NCBI GenBank assembly: GCA_964016885.1
Contig: OZ024742.1
Coordinates: 26,908,001-26,972,000 of the forward strand
Length of the DNA: 64,000 nt
Origin: Eledone cirrhosa
Lineage: Eukaryota
Reading direction: 5' to 3'
The notes beneath the pieces are model-generated. The model ran no database searches, was not told where the DNA came from, and worked only from the letters and a program-made list of their open reading frames with translations. Position 1 is the stretch's first letter, and every line of letters starts with the position of its first letter. Shown piece by piece: positions 29,424 through 47,318 of this stretch. Position numbers and translations under genes: made by a program.

Positions 29424-29778
29424 AAAATATGGAATCGAAAATGCAACTGGAGTCTTATTTTTTTTTTAAATATACATATTTATTTGCTTCATTTACCGGT
29501 TTCGCAGTTCTTCTGCTTTTCAAATGTAGAGTTCAGATGGAGGGTGTCTGGTTTTTCTCACATCAGATGTGAGAAAAACCAGACACCCTCCATCTGAACT
29601 CTACTTTTGAAAAGCAGAAGAACTGCGAAACCGGTAAAAGAAGGAAATAAATATATATATTTTTTTAAAAAATAAGACTCCAGTTATATTTTCGATTTCA
29701 TCTTTTTTCTTTATACTTTCACTCGTGTAAGACACCTCGGTTATTTTTCCTTTTGTAAAAAAAACATCACTTTCTAAT
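29418..29778 (+). mobile_element. Fold-back element family B, copy 2 (palindrome centred at 29565)
   Basis: Centre CTCACATC-A-GATGTGAG. Hammerhead-like TTGAAAA-GCAG-AAGAA-CTGC-GAAA-CCGG-TA at 29607-29636. Confidence 0.85.
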
Positions 29779-30054
29779 ATATACATATGTGAAAATATAT
29801 ATATATATATATGTATATATGTGTATGTATATGATTGTATATTAATGTATATACACATATATCTCTGCATATAAGTGTGTGTGTACGTTTCTGTGTAGAT
29901 ATATACGCATATGCATATGGGTGAATGTTATGTAAATATATATATATACACACACACCTAGATGTGTATAATGGTATATATAAATATATATGTATATATA
30001 TATGCGTAGATATATATATATTGATATATATATATATATTTATGCGTGTGTGTG

Positions 30055-30113
<59 letters not shown>

Positions 30114-30122
30114 GTGTGCGTG

Positions 30123-30155
<33 letters not shown>

Positions 30156-30212
30156 GACGGCAGAATTAGCCGTCGAAATGGCTTGAGCTCAGCTGTCGGG
30201 GTCCTACTCGTT

Positions 30213-30269
<57 letters not shown>

Positions 30270-30387
30270 ATATATAACACGACACCTAGCTATCCATATA
30301 CATATATACATATATATATATGTATTCATATATATATAACTATATATCTATAAACATAAATATATATATATACACATATATATATCA

Positions 30388-30432
<45 letters not shown>

Positions 30433-30525
30433 CATATCAATATATAAATATATATATATATACACATATATATATATATATATATACACATTTATATGTA
30501 TATATATATACATATATATATACAT

Positions 30526-31043
30526 AATCAAGGTTTAGCAAATAAGAAAAAGTTTGAAAATAAATTTCAAAAAATTCACTGTACTTACTACGGTTACCTT
30601 TACCGAATCGGTTTCGAGTCTCAAAAATAAATGGATAGTCCCTGCGGGCTTCCATTGAAAAGATAAACTGTCATCGGAAGGTTCTTTTCACTCGGAGAAT
30701 ATAAAATTACCGAGTTCAAATTACGAGCTGGTGCTATTCAAAGTTGTTCCATAGATGAGAATGAATGATGTGGAAGCGATTATGTCCAGTGCCGGGTGCA
30801 CAGATAGTAGGCAGAGGCAGGGCCGTCATTCTACTACCACTATAAATAGCAGTAGTCAAAACGATCAAATATCATCTCGACCATGGGGAGATTAATAATA
30901 ATAAAGTATATATCCCTATACGCAAAAAAACGAATAGGGACACATGTGTTATCCAACCATATGCCAATGTGTTTCAATGGCAGGTTAATAAATTAACGAG
31001 CCAGAACATATATAATCAGGGTTTAGCAAATAAGGAAAAGTTT

Positions 31044-31046
<3 letters not shown>
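30526..31046 (-). mobile_element. pLTR-like element G with ~35-bp terminal direct repeat and a hammerhead-like motif (30596-30682, minus)
   Basis: TAATCA(A/G)GGTTTAGCAAATAAG at ~30526 and ~31013. Minus strand reads ACCTT-CCGATGA..GAAA-CCG-ATT-CGG-TA-AAGGT. Confidence 0.6.
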
Positions 31047-31094
<48 letters not shown>

Positions 31095-31791
31095 ACATAT
31101 ATATATATATACATACCTATATTTATATATATATGTGTGTTTGTGTCTATAGTGTATCTGTATTGTTGACCGTTGGTCAGTCAATGGCAACATTGAGGAC
31201 CGAATAAATTAAATTAACCGATATAAAAGACACAGAGCGAGAAGCGAAAACCAACCAAACAGTGAGTGTGTTCTGTTATTAATTCTGGCAATATTATTAC
31301 ACAAATATGACCCTCCCCAAGTATAACAATATTTGTTTCGACACACGATTTCATATCAAAAACCTCGCAAAACTGATTCATCGCCGTTATATATATATAC
31401 ATATATGCATCATATATAATCACACACAAACACACATATATATATATATATATAAATATTTATGTATACATATGTGTGTGTGTGCGTGTGTATGTATGTG
31501 TGTATATGGGTGTGACGCTGTAACCTTGGGAATATACAAAAGAAAGTTGTATGTAGGTTTGTTATGTCAGTGTGAAGAGTTTCATATTGTCTGGAGCAAA
31601 GCCGAATGACAATATTTGATAGTAGGCTAACTCCAGGGAACATAAGAAACCATCTCCTCATATCTTCACTTTTACCAAAGCGATAATTGTACATTACTCT
31701 CTTAACATTCGTTTCTGCTGTATATGAAGGAAGAATAGATATACCAATGTTTATACAAGCATATACTTGCGCGCATTGATATTCATGCATG

Positions 31792-31904
<113 letters not shown>

Positions 31905-31930
31905 GTATATATATGTATATATACATACAC

Positions 31931-31995
<65 letters not shown>

Positions 31996-32026
31996 GGCTT
32001 TAGATCAATATCCACTGATATATCTC

Positions 32027-32057
<31 letters not shown>

Positions 32058-32530
32058 CTTTTACCCGTTTCAGCCATCCGGCTGAGGCCATGCTAGGGCA
32101 TATGTTTGTGTGTGTGTGTGTGCATGAGTCTGCGCGCGTGTGTGTGTGTGTCTCTCTAATTATTTTGCACTTCTAATATTTCGACAAGATACATGAGCCT
32201 ATCATGATGGTGTCAGCAAATGGATTCTGTCGAGTTAAATTAAATGGTAATTGAAGCTTGGCATGGAATAGGTGACATGTCTCTTTACGTAAGATGAATG
32301 GGAGAACAACTATCCCCTACCCTCTTGTAAATTCATTGATATATCTTCCGTCCTTACGTTCTGTCAAGGGACCGTATCTTGTATTATACAGAATTGCTAC
32401 TACATTTATCAAATCAATCAGTGTAACTCTACGTACATTGTAGTATCAACATATCCATAATTTATACACCATCAGAGTTATTCATACATGTATTTACGCG
32501 CGCCTTCACCCACACACGAATGCATATGTA

Positions 32531-32627
<97 letters not shown>

Positions 32628-32786
32628 TGATATATATATTGATATATGATATATCAATGATATATTGATATATGATATATATATTGATATATATATTTAT
32701 GTTTATAGATATATAGTTATATATATATGAATACATATATATATATGTATATATGTATATGGATAGCGAAGTGTCGTGTTATATAT

Positions 32787-35300
<2,514 letters not shown>

Positions 35301-35346
35301 TATGTTTATGTATATATATATATATACATATATATGTGTATATATA

Positions 35347-35502
<156 letters not shown>

Positions 35503-35774
35503 AGTAAAGAAGCCTTTCGGTCACATGTTGGGATGATGTTGATTGTAGAAGAATAGCAGTCAGACATATTTACCAGTCTGCCCTCATCAATGTTCAAGTG
35601 AAAGACAAATGACGATAGAGTACGGCAACAGTGATGTCGCAACTCAAATCAACAGCTGAGTAAATTGAAGCAACGCGAAACAAGGTCTCTCTCTCTCTCG
35701 GTCTCCATCTCTAACTCTCTCTCTCCCTCCTCTCTCTGCCTCTCTCTCTCTCTCACTCTGTGTGTATATATATC

Positions 35775-36140
<366 letters not shown>

Positions 36141-36141
36141 G

Positions 36142-36172
<31 letters not shown>

Positions 36173-36195
36173 TATATATATATATATATATATAC

Positions 36196-36751
<556 letters not shown>

Positions 36752-36764
36752 ATATATATATATA

Positions 36765-37087
36765 TAAAAAGATGAAATCAAAAATGCAACTGGAGTCTTA
36801 TTTAAAAAACATATATATATATTTCTCTGGTTCCTTTAACGGTTTCGCAGTTCTTCTGCTTTTCAAAACTAGACTTGAGATGAAAAACCACAGACCCTCC
36901 ATCTCAACTCTACTTTTGAAAAGCAGAAGAACTGCGAAACCGGTAAAGGAACCAAATAAATATATATATATTTTTTTTAAATAAGACTCCAGTTGCATTT
37001 TCGATTTCATCTTTTTTTCTTTATACTTTCACTCGTGTAGGACACCTCGGTTATTTTTCATTTTGTTAAAAAACCTCACTTTCTAAT
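36765..37087 (+). mobile_element. Fold-back element family B, copy 3, in (TA)n
   Basis: Inverted arm 36765-36881. Hammerhead-like core at 36916-36945. Confidence 0.85.
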
Positions 37088-37088
37088 A

Positions 37089-37164
<76 letters not shown>

Positions 37165-37167
<3 letters not shown>

Positions 37168-38051
37168 AGTAAATGTTGGTTGTATACCAACACCCTAGTA
37201 TGCAGATTGGAGCACTCAACGAAGTGCGCAGGTTGGTCTGGCTACCCCGCAGTAATGGAAAATAAACCAAAATAAATAAGTCAAATATTTAAACTTTGGC
37301 TTCGATTATTACTGCTATATATATTTCGCTGACAGCCATCTTTGACTGTGACCTCTTCAGGCAGTCCGAATTAGTGTGGTAGAGACGAGTACACATGTTG
37401 TTGAGGTGTTTAACTTTGTCAATACTCTGATATGCCCAGTTTCTGGTTGGGTTGTTATTTCACTGATGAACTGGAATCATATGAATTTAAACAAACGAAT
37501 GTCAGCGTTAAAGGACTTCCTCTCCTCTCATTGGTCAGTTGTGAGAACATTCCTCAGTCAAAAGTCTATAGAAATTCGTTCTGAGGCGAGGCAAACTGTA
37601 GTGGTTGTTTTTGTTATTGTTAAGTACATCCGACCTCTACACTTATGTTGGTAGTGGTGTTGGTGCTGGAATCAGCTTAATTCCAGCCGCTGCTGATCTT
37701 AGAAGGATCTGTGTGTGTGTGTTGGCATCTATCCTGCCACCATTTCTCGTGGTGGTGGGGGTTGCCAAGCCTATGAAGAAATAAAAGGCATAAAAATGAA
37801 GAAAATAGAAAATGAATATAAGATAATATATTCAAATAATTAAACAGTTCCTCAGTGAAATAACAACCCAACCAGGAACTGGGCATATCAAAGTATTGAC
37901 AAAGTTAAACACCTCAACAACATCTGTACTCGTCTCTACCACACTAATTCGGAGTGCCTGAAGAGGTCACAGCCAAAGGTGGCAGTCCGAAATATATATA
38001 GCAGTAATAAACGAACCCGAATTTTAAATATTTGACTTAATTATTTTAGTT

Positions 38052-38058
<7 letters not shown>
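37165..38058 (-). mobile_element. Fold-back element family J: ~215-bp diverged arms (37260-37474 and 37845-38058) around a ~370-bp spacer
   Basis: GTGTGGTAGAGACGAGTAC/GTACTCGTCTCTACCACAC and further matches, flanked by (TA)n. Confidence 0.85.
37311..37365 (-). ncRNA. Minimal type-I hammerhead ribozyme (mirror copy on plus at 37953-38005)
   Basis: ACTGC-CTGAAGA-G..C-GAAA-TATATA-TA-GCAGT. The plus copy is followed by AATAAA. Confidence 0.75.
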
Positions 38059-38133
<75 letters not shown>

Positions 38134-38225
38134 TATATATATATATATTTCCACCGGTTTTCTCCTCAAATTCAATTTAATGGCCTAGCTGTTAATTCGT
38201 TTATATATATATATATATATATATA

Positions 38226-38445
38226 GTAATAATAATAAATTTGAAGACTAAAATCCAAAGAGGGCTCGATAAGGATAAATATATATCAAATATATAAGAA
38301 CCGTAGAGCAAATATTTATTAAAATAACAGATTAAAGTTTAAGCAAAGAATCGCTGCTTTCACCCTTAACGGGATCTTCTGAAACTGCGATTCTGAAGCA
38401 GCGATTCTTTGCTTAAACTTTAATCTGTTATTTTAATAAATAAAT
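38226..38445 (-). mobile_element. Fold-back element family A, copy 2, with hammerhead-like motif at 38336-38386 (minus)
   Basis: AGTTT-CAGAAGA-T-CCC-GTTAA-GGG-T-GAAA-GCA..TGC-TT-AAACT. Confidence 0.75.
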
Positions 38446-38452
38446 ATATATT

Positions 38453-39623
38453 TTAACTTTAATTATATCTCATAAAATAATACAACTGGCTTTTCCACAT
38501 AATACATATTGTTAGCACCCCAAACACTTAAATTGGGTTTATATTAAAATATAACCTAATGTTTGTTGAGTGAGATGGTTACCAGTCAGAGATTAGCTTT
38601 AAACTATCTCTGTTATTGTATTAATATTTTACTCTTGATTGGCCAGAGCTGTTTATTTCCAGGTACCTTATAAATTTGACTTTCCGTATTTATTACTGTT
38701 GTGCGATATTGTGGTTTTTATTGGTTGTAACTTCTCTGTTTTTTAGCCTAAGAAAATATATATATATGCCTATGTATATAATTACATGCATACATTTGTT
38801 TTTTTAAATTAATTGAGTTCTTTACACGAGGAATTGATATTGGTTTTGAAATAACTAATTAACCCGCGTGTGTTTTATATTTTACTCTTAATTCGGCCGG
38901 AGATTTACATTCCCATTTGCCCTTTAAAGCATAACTTTCCGTATTTACTACAATTACGAGATGCGGTTTCTTATTCAGGTACAACCTCTGTTTTTAGCCT
39001 AAGAAAATATCTACATGCGTGTGTAATTTATACACGCATATATTTATTTTTTTAATTTCAATTGAGTTCTTAACACGTTGGATTGATAATGTTTTCGAAA
39101 AAACTGATTAACCCGCGTGTATATTATTATTTTTTTCCTCCTTTCGTGGATCGTAGTTGTCTCCTCTTTACGCTTAGTGACGCTATAATACTTCCTCAGT
39201 CAAAAACTGTTGGAATTTCAAATTTGCCGGTCATTCGATGCGGGAAGGAGCAACTTAACAGACACGATTTTTAACTGTGGTAAGAAATGTTTTTTCTTAT
39301 ATCAAGGTTTAATAGGCTTCCACTGATGTTTTATAAGCGCCCACCTAAATATATTCTTACATGAATGTATATTAGGCTTCTACATAAACTGGAAATATTC
39401 TCCGAATTTCTAGAAAACTTATAATGAAACAATTGTTTGGAATGAGAGATATATGTTAACTTTAATTATATCTCATAACATAATACAACTGGCTTTTCCA
39501 CATAATACATATTGTTAGCACCCCAAACACTTAAATTGGGTTTATATTAAAATATAACCTAATGTTTGTTGAGTGAGATGGTTACCAGTCAGAGATTAGC
39601 TTTAAACTATCTCTGTTATTGTA

Positions 39624-39627
<4 letters not shown>
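38453..39627. repeat. ~1.17-kb element bounded by ~170-bp direct repeats, with an internal ~140-bp duplication
   Basis: 38453-38625 matches 39456-39627. ~38733-38870 matches ~38986-39120. Confidence 0.8.
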
Positions 39628-39716
<89 letters not shown>

Positions 39717-40250
39717 AACAAATTAACAGCTACGCCATTCAATAGGATTTGAGGAGAAAACCGGAGGTATGATTGTCTGGGAAAGAAAATTTGAATTATT
39801 CCTGAGTGTTTGTAAAGTAAAATAATGATGATGGTGGAGAAGTAAGGACGTGATTAGGATAGTCAAGTGGAAGTTTAGTCCGGAGTATCAGATTAGTTTA
39901 TAGTCGCAGAAGAAACAATATTGAGAGGCTGGACTGGATCTGTTACTGACTTCATATGAATTAGCCATGTGGACTTGCCTTCTAGAATGCGTGCTTACAC
40001 TAGAGATGAACAGACATAATCTTTTGTGTCATCGATATTTTATTGTGTCACCTATGTCGCCATCATTATCGACAAATGACATTGTAGTATTTTTTTAATA
40101 TGTTATGTAATGTTTACTCATGTCAATGATGTTATATCACTAATATCATGAAACATGTTGTGGCTTAGCATTTATTACAGTGTTGAAGATTCCAAGCGTG
40201 TATTGTTTACAGCTATTGTATAATGCGATACTGTTTTCATTTTAATATAT

Positions 40251-41122
40251 AATTGTTTCTACTTTTGGAACAAGGTCAGCAATTATTCAGTGCATTACTG
40301 GTACTTTATTTTATCGACCCCGTAAGGATGAAAGGCAAAGTTAACTTTGGCGGGATTTGAACGGAGAATGGCAAGGGCCGTAACTCTATGCATCAGAGCA
40401 TGGCGTCCGGCCCTCTACCGATATTGCCAATACACCGTAATGTATAATTGTTTCTACTTTTGGCACAAGGCCATCAATTATCCAGTGCATACTGGTACTT
40501 TATTTTATCGACCTCGTAAGGATGAAAGGCAAAGTTAAGCTCGGAGGGATTCGATCTCAGAATGGCAAGGGCCATAACTCTATGCGTCAAAGCATAGCGT
40601 CCGGCACTCTACCGATACTGCCACCGCGCTCCGTAATGTATAATGATGATGTGTAGCGTTTCAAAACTGAGGAATCTGTATGACTGCATTGAAAGATATA
40701 TATCCCCACCACCAAAGTAAGTTTCGTTCTAGATGTTTTAAGGATAATCACACTTGATTAGAGTTCATCTCACCTCTCGTTATATTCAGAATGCAACACT
40801 CCGTATCTCTACAAATTACACAAAGATCTTTCCTTATGGAGTTCCGCTTAAGTTTGTTTGTCTTTGTATCTGTATATCTTCCTAAACTTATATTGTTTAT
40901 ATATCAGAGTATATTTACATATATATGTCTATATCTACAAGTTATTGTCAGGACGTAGACAACAGAATGTGAAGATGGATTTAGAATTACTTTGATAAAC
41001 AAAGATTCAAATTTACAAAATAATTGTTTCTACTTTAGGCACAAGGCCAGCAATTACCCAGTGCATTACTGGTACTTTATTTTATCGACCTCATAAGGAT
41101 GAAAAGCAAAGTCAACCTCGGC
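40251..41122 (-). mobile_element. SINE family 1: two tandem copies (40251-40437, 40447-40632) and a 5'-truncated copy (41021-41122)
   Basis: Consensus reverse complement repeated. Confidence 0.88.
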
Positions 41123-41334
41123 AAATAATTACTGATTAGGGATTCAAGAATTTGGCAATAATGTAAGTGGAATTACAATAGAAATTATAAGCGCTTGTAC
41201 CTGGGTGAGTGTGAACGTATGTGAGTATACAGACACACACACACATATATATATATATCAGTATGTAATCATATTTATATACATACATGTATATAAATGT
41301 GTATATATCTTTCTATCCATATATATAGATATAG

Positions 41335-41386
<52 letters not shown>

Positions 41387-43495
41387 ATATACAAATACAT
41401 ATTGATATACTTAAGCTAGATGTGCATGTACCTATATGTACATGTATGCACATGTGTCTGAATATTGTAACATTGTGTGCGAGTAGATTGTTCAAGTATA
41501 TACATGAGTCTTGTCACCTCATTATTTCTCTGGTAGTTTCATAGACGGTGATCCATGAATGAAGCGACGCTTCATTTTGCAGGGAAACTATGATCTTTGC
41601 TACCAAGAAATTCTTCATAGTTGATATGTCAAATTTGATGCCATCGCTTTTAGAATTTCTATTTGTAAGAAGGCATCAGGTTAAAAGTCTACAGATGCAT
41701 TCTATGGTGATCATTAAATGTGATCATACAATGGGAGTCATTAATTCTGATCGAAATAAAATAAACTAGTATGCGGTTAATAGCCGTATTATATAAATGG
41801 TTCCCTGTTGAATAGGTTGATGTTCAGCTTGACAATAAGATAAATATTCAAAATGAACTTTTACGACATATCAAGGTATTTCAATAAAGAATTAGAAAAC
41901 TCGCCTCTTAGCAAGATGTAATAATTCAACACCAAATTATGAATTAAATGCCTGAGAATGTTAATGTGAATTATAGATTATATTTTATGCACATGTTTCA
42001 AACTGAAAAACATTTATAAATGTTTAGCAATTATTAGTACGCTAGCCTTTTTTCGCCTTATATCGGCGCCTGCTTCTCGTATATTATTTCTTTTATCACA
42101 CATTTATACCTCCTCCCATACAAGATAAAGATGTAATCTGACTGGTTATTGAATGGTTAGTATTTACACAATAAATATTTCTACTATAGTGGTGTACGCT
42201 GTTATTTCTTTTCTTTCTCAGTTACTCAGACTGCAACTGATCGTCCGCCTCAGAAATGCCAAAATGCTCAAATCCTGATTCATTTTATCACTGGGTTTCA
42301 TACAATGCTCTTGAAAGAAGTTCAAATTCCGTCTTGAAACCGGAGCTTCATCGGACGGTTCCTATCCCGGTTTCTGGGGCGGGAAGCGTCTGACAGCACA
42401 AGATTCCTCATATTTACATAGGTCGCCAGACCTTTGAAGAGATAACCCCCCCCCCCAGTTATTGGTGGGTACACATTTTTAGCCGAATGTACTGAAACAA
42501 CGCGAAATTAAGTAATTTGCTCAAGAATACAACACTCAACGAAGTCCACTTGAGAACGTCCCATATTCTAATGGAAATATCTTGTCTCTCTTTGTTCACA
42601 TTATCCCTAAACATATCAAATATAACAGCTCAAACCGAAATTGTGAAAGATCACGTTTGTTAATACAAATGTTTACTAGTAAACAACATATCGTTGTGAG
42701 AACTTGCAATATAGTCGTAAAAACATTATTAATTAACGTGATGCAGTTACAGTGCTGTTTTATATTTTGAAGTTTATTACGCTAATGCGGTTTCATGTGT
42801 TACAGGTTGTCGAAATATAACTGACCGCACCTGACTTGTAGTTATTTTATTAATCTGAGAAACGTGAATAGCAAAGTAAACTACAATGTGATTTCAATTC
42901 AGAAGTTAAAAAGATGGAACAAGAGGAGCTTGTCAAATCGGACTGAGCAATTAATGTTTCCATTGGTCGTTCCATTGCTGATAATATCTAACGGTCGCAA
43001 CTGCTCAGAGAAAGAGAAAGGGGGAATAAAATGTCGTGCTAAAGGACATAATGCATCGCTCGATCTATTTAATCCAGTAAAAAAACTTGAATCATGGTTG
43101 TGTGGTCAGCGACTACAACGCCCCCACCCCAAGCAGACCATGTTCTGGTAAGGAGTGTAACTGAAACCCCAGAAGCACAAAGAAAAGAACTGCTAGAAGG
43201 ACCTATGGACTTCCCAGAGTCAACGGCCACCTACCATAATTATGGGTCTAATTATGGGTTAAATAACCTCGATTTGTATGTGGATAATTATTCATGATAG
43301 GATGTATTCTCCAAAATGTGTCAGTATTGGTTCAATTATTGGTCGGAAGAATTAAATATTTTAAGGTCGAAATAGAAAATACAGGCGTAAACTCGGAGCA
43401 TATATAAGCAAAACGACAGAGGAAAAAAGGAGTTTTAAAACAATTAAAAAAAATATATTTCACAGCTAATGTTCCATCTATTTAGATTTTCTTTT

Positions 43496-43582
<87 letters not shown>

Positions 43583-43595
43583 ATATATATATATA

Positions 43596-44203
43596 CTAGC
43601 CGAATTACACGCGCCTTGCTGCGTTTCACACATTTTTGGGGTAAGAAATATGATAATTGATTTTAAATCAGAGATATAATTTATGGAGAAAAACTCTGCA
43701 TTTCAGTATTAGTCAAAGTATAATGTAATGCATGAACAATTCGAAAATATTATTTTTTGTAATGGCGGTGGATTGGCAGTATTGAGGGTCGGACGCCATG
43801 CTTTGACGCATTGAGTTACGGCCCTTGCCATTCTGAGTTCAAATCCCGCCTAAGTTAACTTTGCATTTCATCCTTACGGGGTCGATAAAATAAAGTACCA
43901 GTAATACATTGAGTAATTGCTGGCCTTGTGCCAAAAGTAGAAACAATTATTTTTTTGTAATATATCAAATCAAAATTACATTATTAAATCTTATTCTTAT
44001 TTTGTTTCTTGTAAATAATTTGTTTCAAAATATCAATTCAAAACTTGAATATTTCATTTTTGTGTAAAGCATTATTTTAAAATTAGAAATTCAAAGTACC
44101 CTGGGCAATGTAGTTTCAGAATATATATGGTTATGGGGGTCTATCTCCAAAGCCATAGGAGGAGTTCGTGAACAAACAAACAAACAAACAAACAGGAAGT
44201 ACA

Positions 44204-44210
<7 letters not shown>
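43596..44210 (+). mobile_element. Putative non-autonomous Helitron/Helentron (DINE-1/Lep1-like) element with a nested SINE at 43763-43950
   Basis: Starts ACTAG..CGCGCCTTGCTGCG and ends (ACAA)n..CTTTATATA, the usual layout of such elements. Confidence 0.45.
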
Positions 44211-44239
<29 letters not shown>

Positions 44240-44241
<2 letters not shown>

Positions 44242-44919
44242 AAATTAATTTAAGGGTGTCATGTTCGAGATATGCGCCATATCTACTGTAGAATATGCTC
44301 AAAGGTTCCAATGAATAGAAATTGATTGACATATATATATATAGAAAATAAACACATGAAACAGGGGATAATTTGTAGAGTGTGTAAGCACACACAGCTA
44401 GGTAGGTAACTAATCAAAGTTTAACTAGAACTTCAAATATAGATACCTTTCGAAATGTTTAATCTTCCTTGTATATATTTCATTAAATATATATATTCCA
44501 CCATTAATCCGTAAATCACAATAGTTAAACGGATTTTCAACAACGGAGAAGATTTAACTATCTGTGTTTACACAGCAAATGCAAATCTGCGAATGACCCG
44601 TCGCACGTGTTGCATTTTTTTTAAATGCACTCATTGAACCAGCATCATCCCAGTGGCGTGAATATTTTAAAACATTGTAAAAGGTATCTATATTTGAAGT
44701 TCTAGTTAAACTTTAATTAGTTACCTACCTAGCTGTGTGTGCTTAAACACTTTACAATTTATTCCCTATGATTGTTTCATGTGTTATTTTAGATATATAT
44801 ATATGTCAATCAATTTCTAGTTGATATAAAATGCTCGGATCTATTCATTCGAATCTTTGAGTATATTCTAGAGTGAATATGGCGCATGTCACGGACATGA
44901 CACCCTTAATTTAATTTTG
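44240..44919. mobile_element. MITE-like element with ~220-250-bp terminal inverted repeats, in TA
   Basis: Termini CAAAATTAATTTAAGGGTGTCATG and CATGACACCCTTAATTTAATTTTG. Internal CACACACAGCTAGGTAGGTAACTAAT is mirrored. Confidence 0.8.
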
Positions 44920-45433
44920 GATATATATATGGCACCTTAATTGTAGAGCTAACTCAGTTGAAAGGACTCGGCTGCTATTTCTAGCTGTCGGTAATCCTAT
45001 TCACGGAACTGGGATGACGCTGGTGCGATGTGTGTACATATTTTCTATTCATTATATATATAAATATTTTATACGAAACGTGGGATTACATCACGGTAGA
45101 TTTCCCACCGTTGTTCCACATAATATGTCATTGAGGACATATATGGTACCACCAGACAAAATGGTATTTGTCGACTAAGCATATATGGTTGCATATTTGA
45201 TATCACGACCACACCTAGAGGTTTGTGATCGCCTCTATCCATTTAAATATCTGCCCTTGTACTTGACCGTCTTTGTAACTAAACAATACAACTCGTAGGA
45301 ATGTATAATCATTGTTTAACACCACATGAATATCTTGTAAACACCCTGATACACTTATGCTTTTATGTGTATAAAGTATATATTTTCATATGATCCCATA
45401 TATGTAAATACACACACACACACACACACACAG

Positions 45434-45489
<56 letters not shown>

Positions 45490-45615
45490 GTGTGTGTATG
45501 TATGCATTTATGTATATATGTATATATGTATATGTATATATATATGTATATGTATATATATATAAAATATTAAACAAATAATGAATAAACAATTCCTTAT
45601 ATTAAACAAAAAAAG

Positions 45616-45770
45616 TTCATTATTTAACGATCGTTTCTAGGGTATACATGTGTTATAATTGGTATGCATATTCAACAGATCTATGTACAAAATTATACAA
45701 AATTATACAAATTATCAAGATTAAATATACATACCTAACACATATATACGCCGTCTTCAGAAATAATGAA
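45616..45770 (-). ncRNA. Type-I hammerhead ribozyme with a greatly extended stem II
   Basis: 10-bp perfect stem I TTCATTATTT/AAATAATGAA, CTGAAGA (45760-45754), ~116-nt stem II based on GTATATATGTGTTA/TAACACATGTATAC, GAAA (45637-45634), palindromic ACGATCGT, predicted GUU cleavage at 45626/45625. Confidence 0.8.
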
Positions 45771-46339
45771 GTATATTTATTGATAATAACAACAATTCAA
45801 AATATCAGTTCAAAATTGACCAATGAAAACACAAAGGGTTAAAAGCAGTTCGGTGTGTGTATATACATGTAAAATCCTTACACATATTTTACAATAATGT
45901 GTGTATAATTTGTATGCGCATACTAAAAAGATGGATGCAAACACAAAATTTCAAGGTTAATATCTCTGTAAGCTTAATGCGCTGATAAGATGCGCATTGA
46001 TACTTATGGAGTCAAGCATATAAATATATTTTTTCATACTCACACATATCAGTATAATCACACATACATGCGCGTATATGCATAAATATACACATAACCA
46101 CGAACATACAAACACACACACTCCCCCACTCACATTTATATATGTGGATATAAAATCATAAGCACATAGAAATTAAGTCACTCACATAAAACACTGGCAC
46201 ACACATTTCAAGATCAAGATACAGAAATTAGGTGGGAGGGGGGGGAGGGGTCAGTATTCAATTGTCTGAGCAGACTGCCTAATATAAATGTATCTATAAA
46301 TTAAGAAAAATAAAAAAATAAAAACAATAAAATATAATA

Positions 46340-46589
46340 AATATAATATAATGTACATACACATACAGATATATATACACATACATACATGTACGCGCAC
46401 ATAGAGATATTTACGCGTACACACATACACACATACATATACAGTCATACACACACATACACTTACACGAACATACACATACACATATAAAAAGATATAT
46501 ATATACACACACACACACGCAACACATACACACATACACATATATATAAAAAATAGATAATAAAGATATATATCCATATATATATATAT

Positions 46590-46640
<51 letters not shown>

Positions 46641-46729
46641 TATACATATACATACACATACATCTAAATATACATACACATACATACACACATACATGTA
46701 CATACATGTACATACATATACGCACATCG

Positions 46730-46773
<44 letters not shown>

Positions 46774-47093
46774 TCACATAGACATAAAGATACATACACA
46801 CACAACTTACATACACACGTATATATATATATATATAGATGTACCTTCATACATAGAATTAGATATATAATCATACATACATATGCACCTACTTATACTC
46901 ATATAAATAAATACATACGCTTCCATATATGTGTATATACATAAAAAACAATACAACCTCACCAAACTCAGACATACAAATGAAAATAATAATAAAAAGG
47001 CATATGTATATACATACACACACGCATTAATAGAGATATATATATATACACACATACATACACATACATATATACATACACACACCTATATAT

Positions 47094-47150
<57 letters not shown>

Positions 47151-47154
47151 TAGA

Positions 47155-47193
<39 letters not shown>

Positions 47194-47283
47194 ATATATA
47201 TCCACACACTCATACCACCATAAATACACATACAAACACCCACATGTATATATATATATATATCTATATACACACACGTATAC

Positions 47284-47318
<35 letters not shown>

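Noticed and set aside
35505-35596. Hammerhead-like TTGATGA..CCGAAAGG on minus (similar weak hits near 6757, 31350-31390 and 56260-56290)
   Set aside because: Stem I or stem III cannot be formed convincingly. Too degenerate to call.
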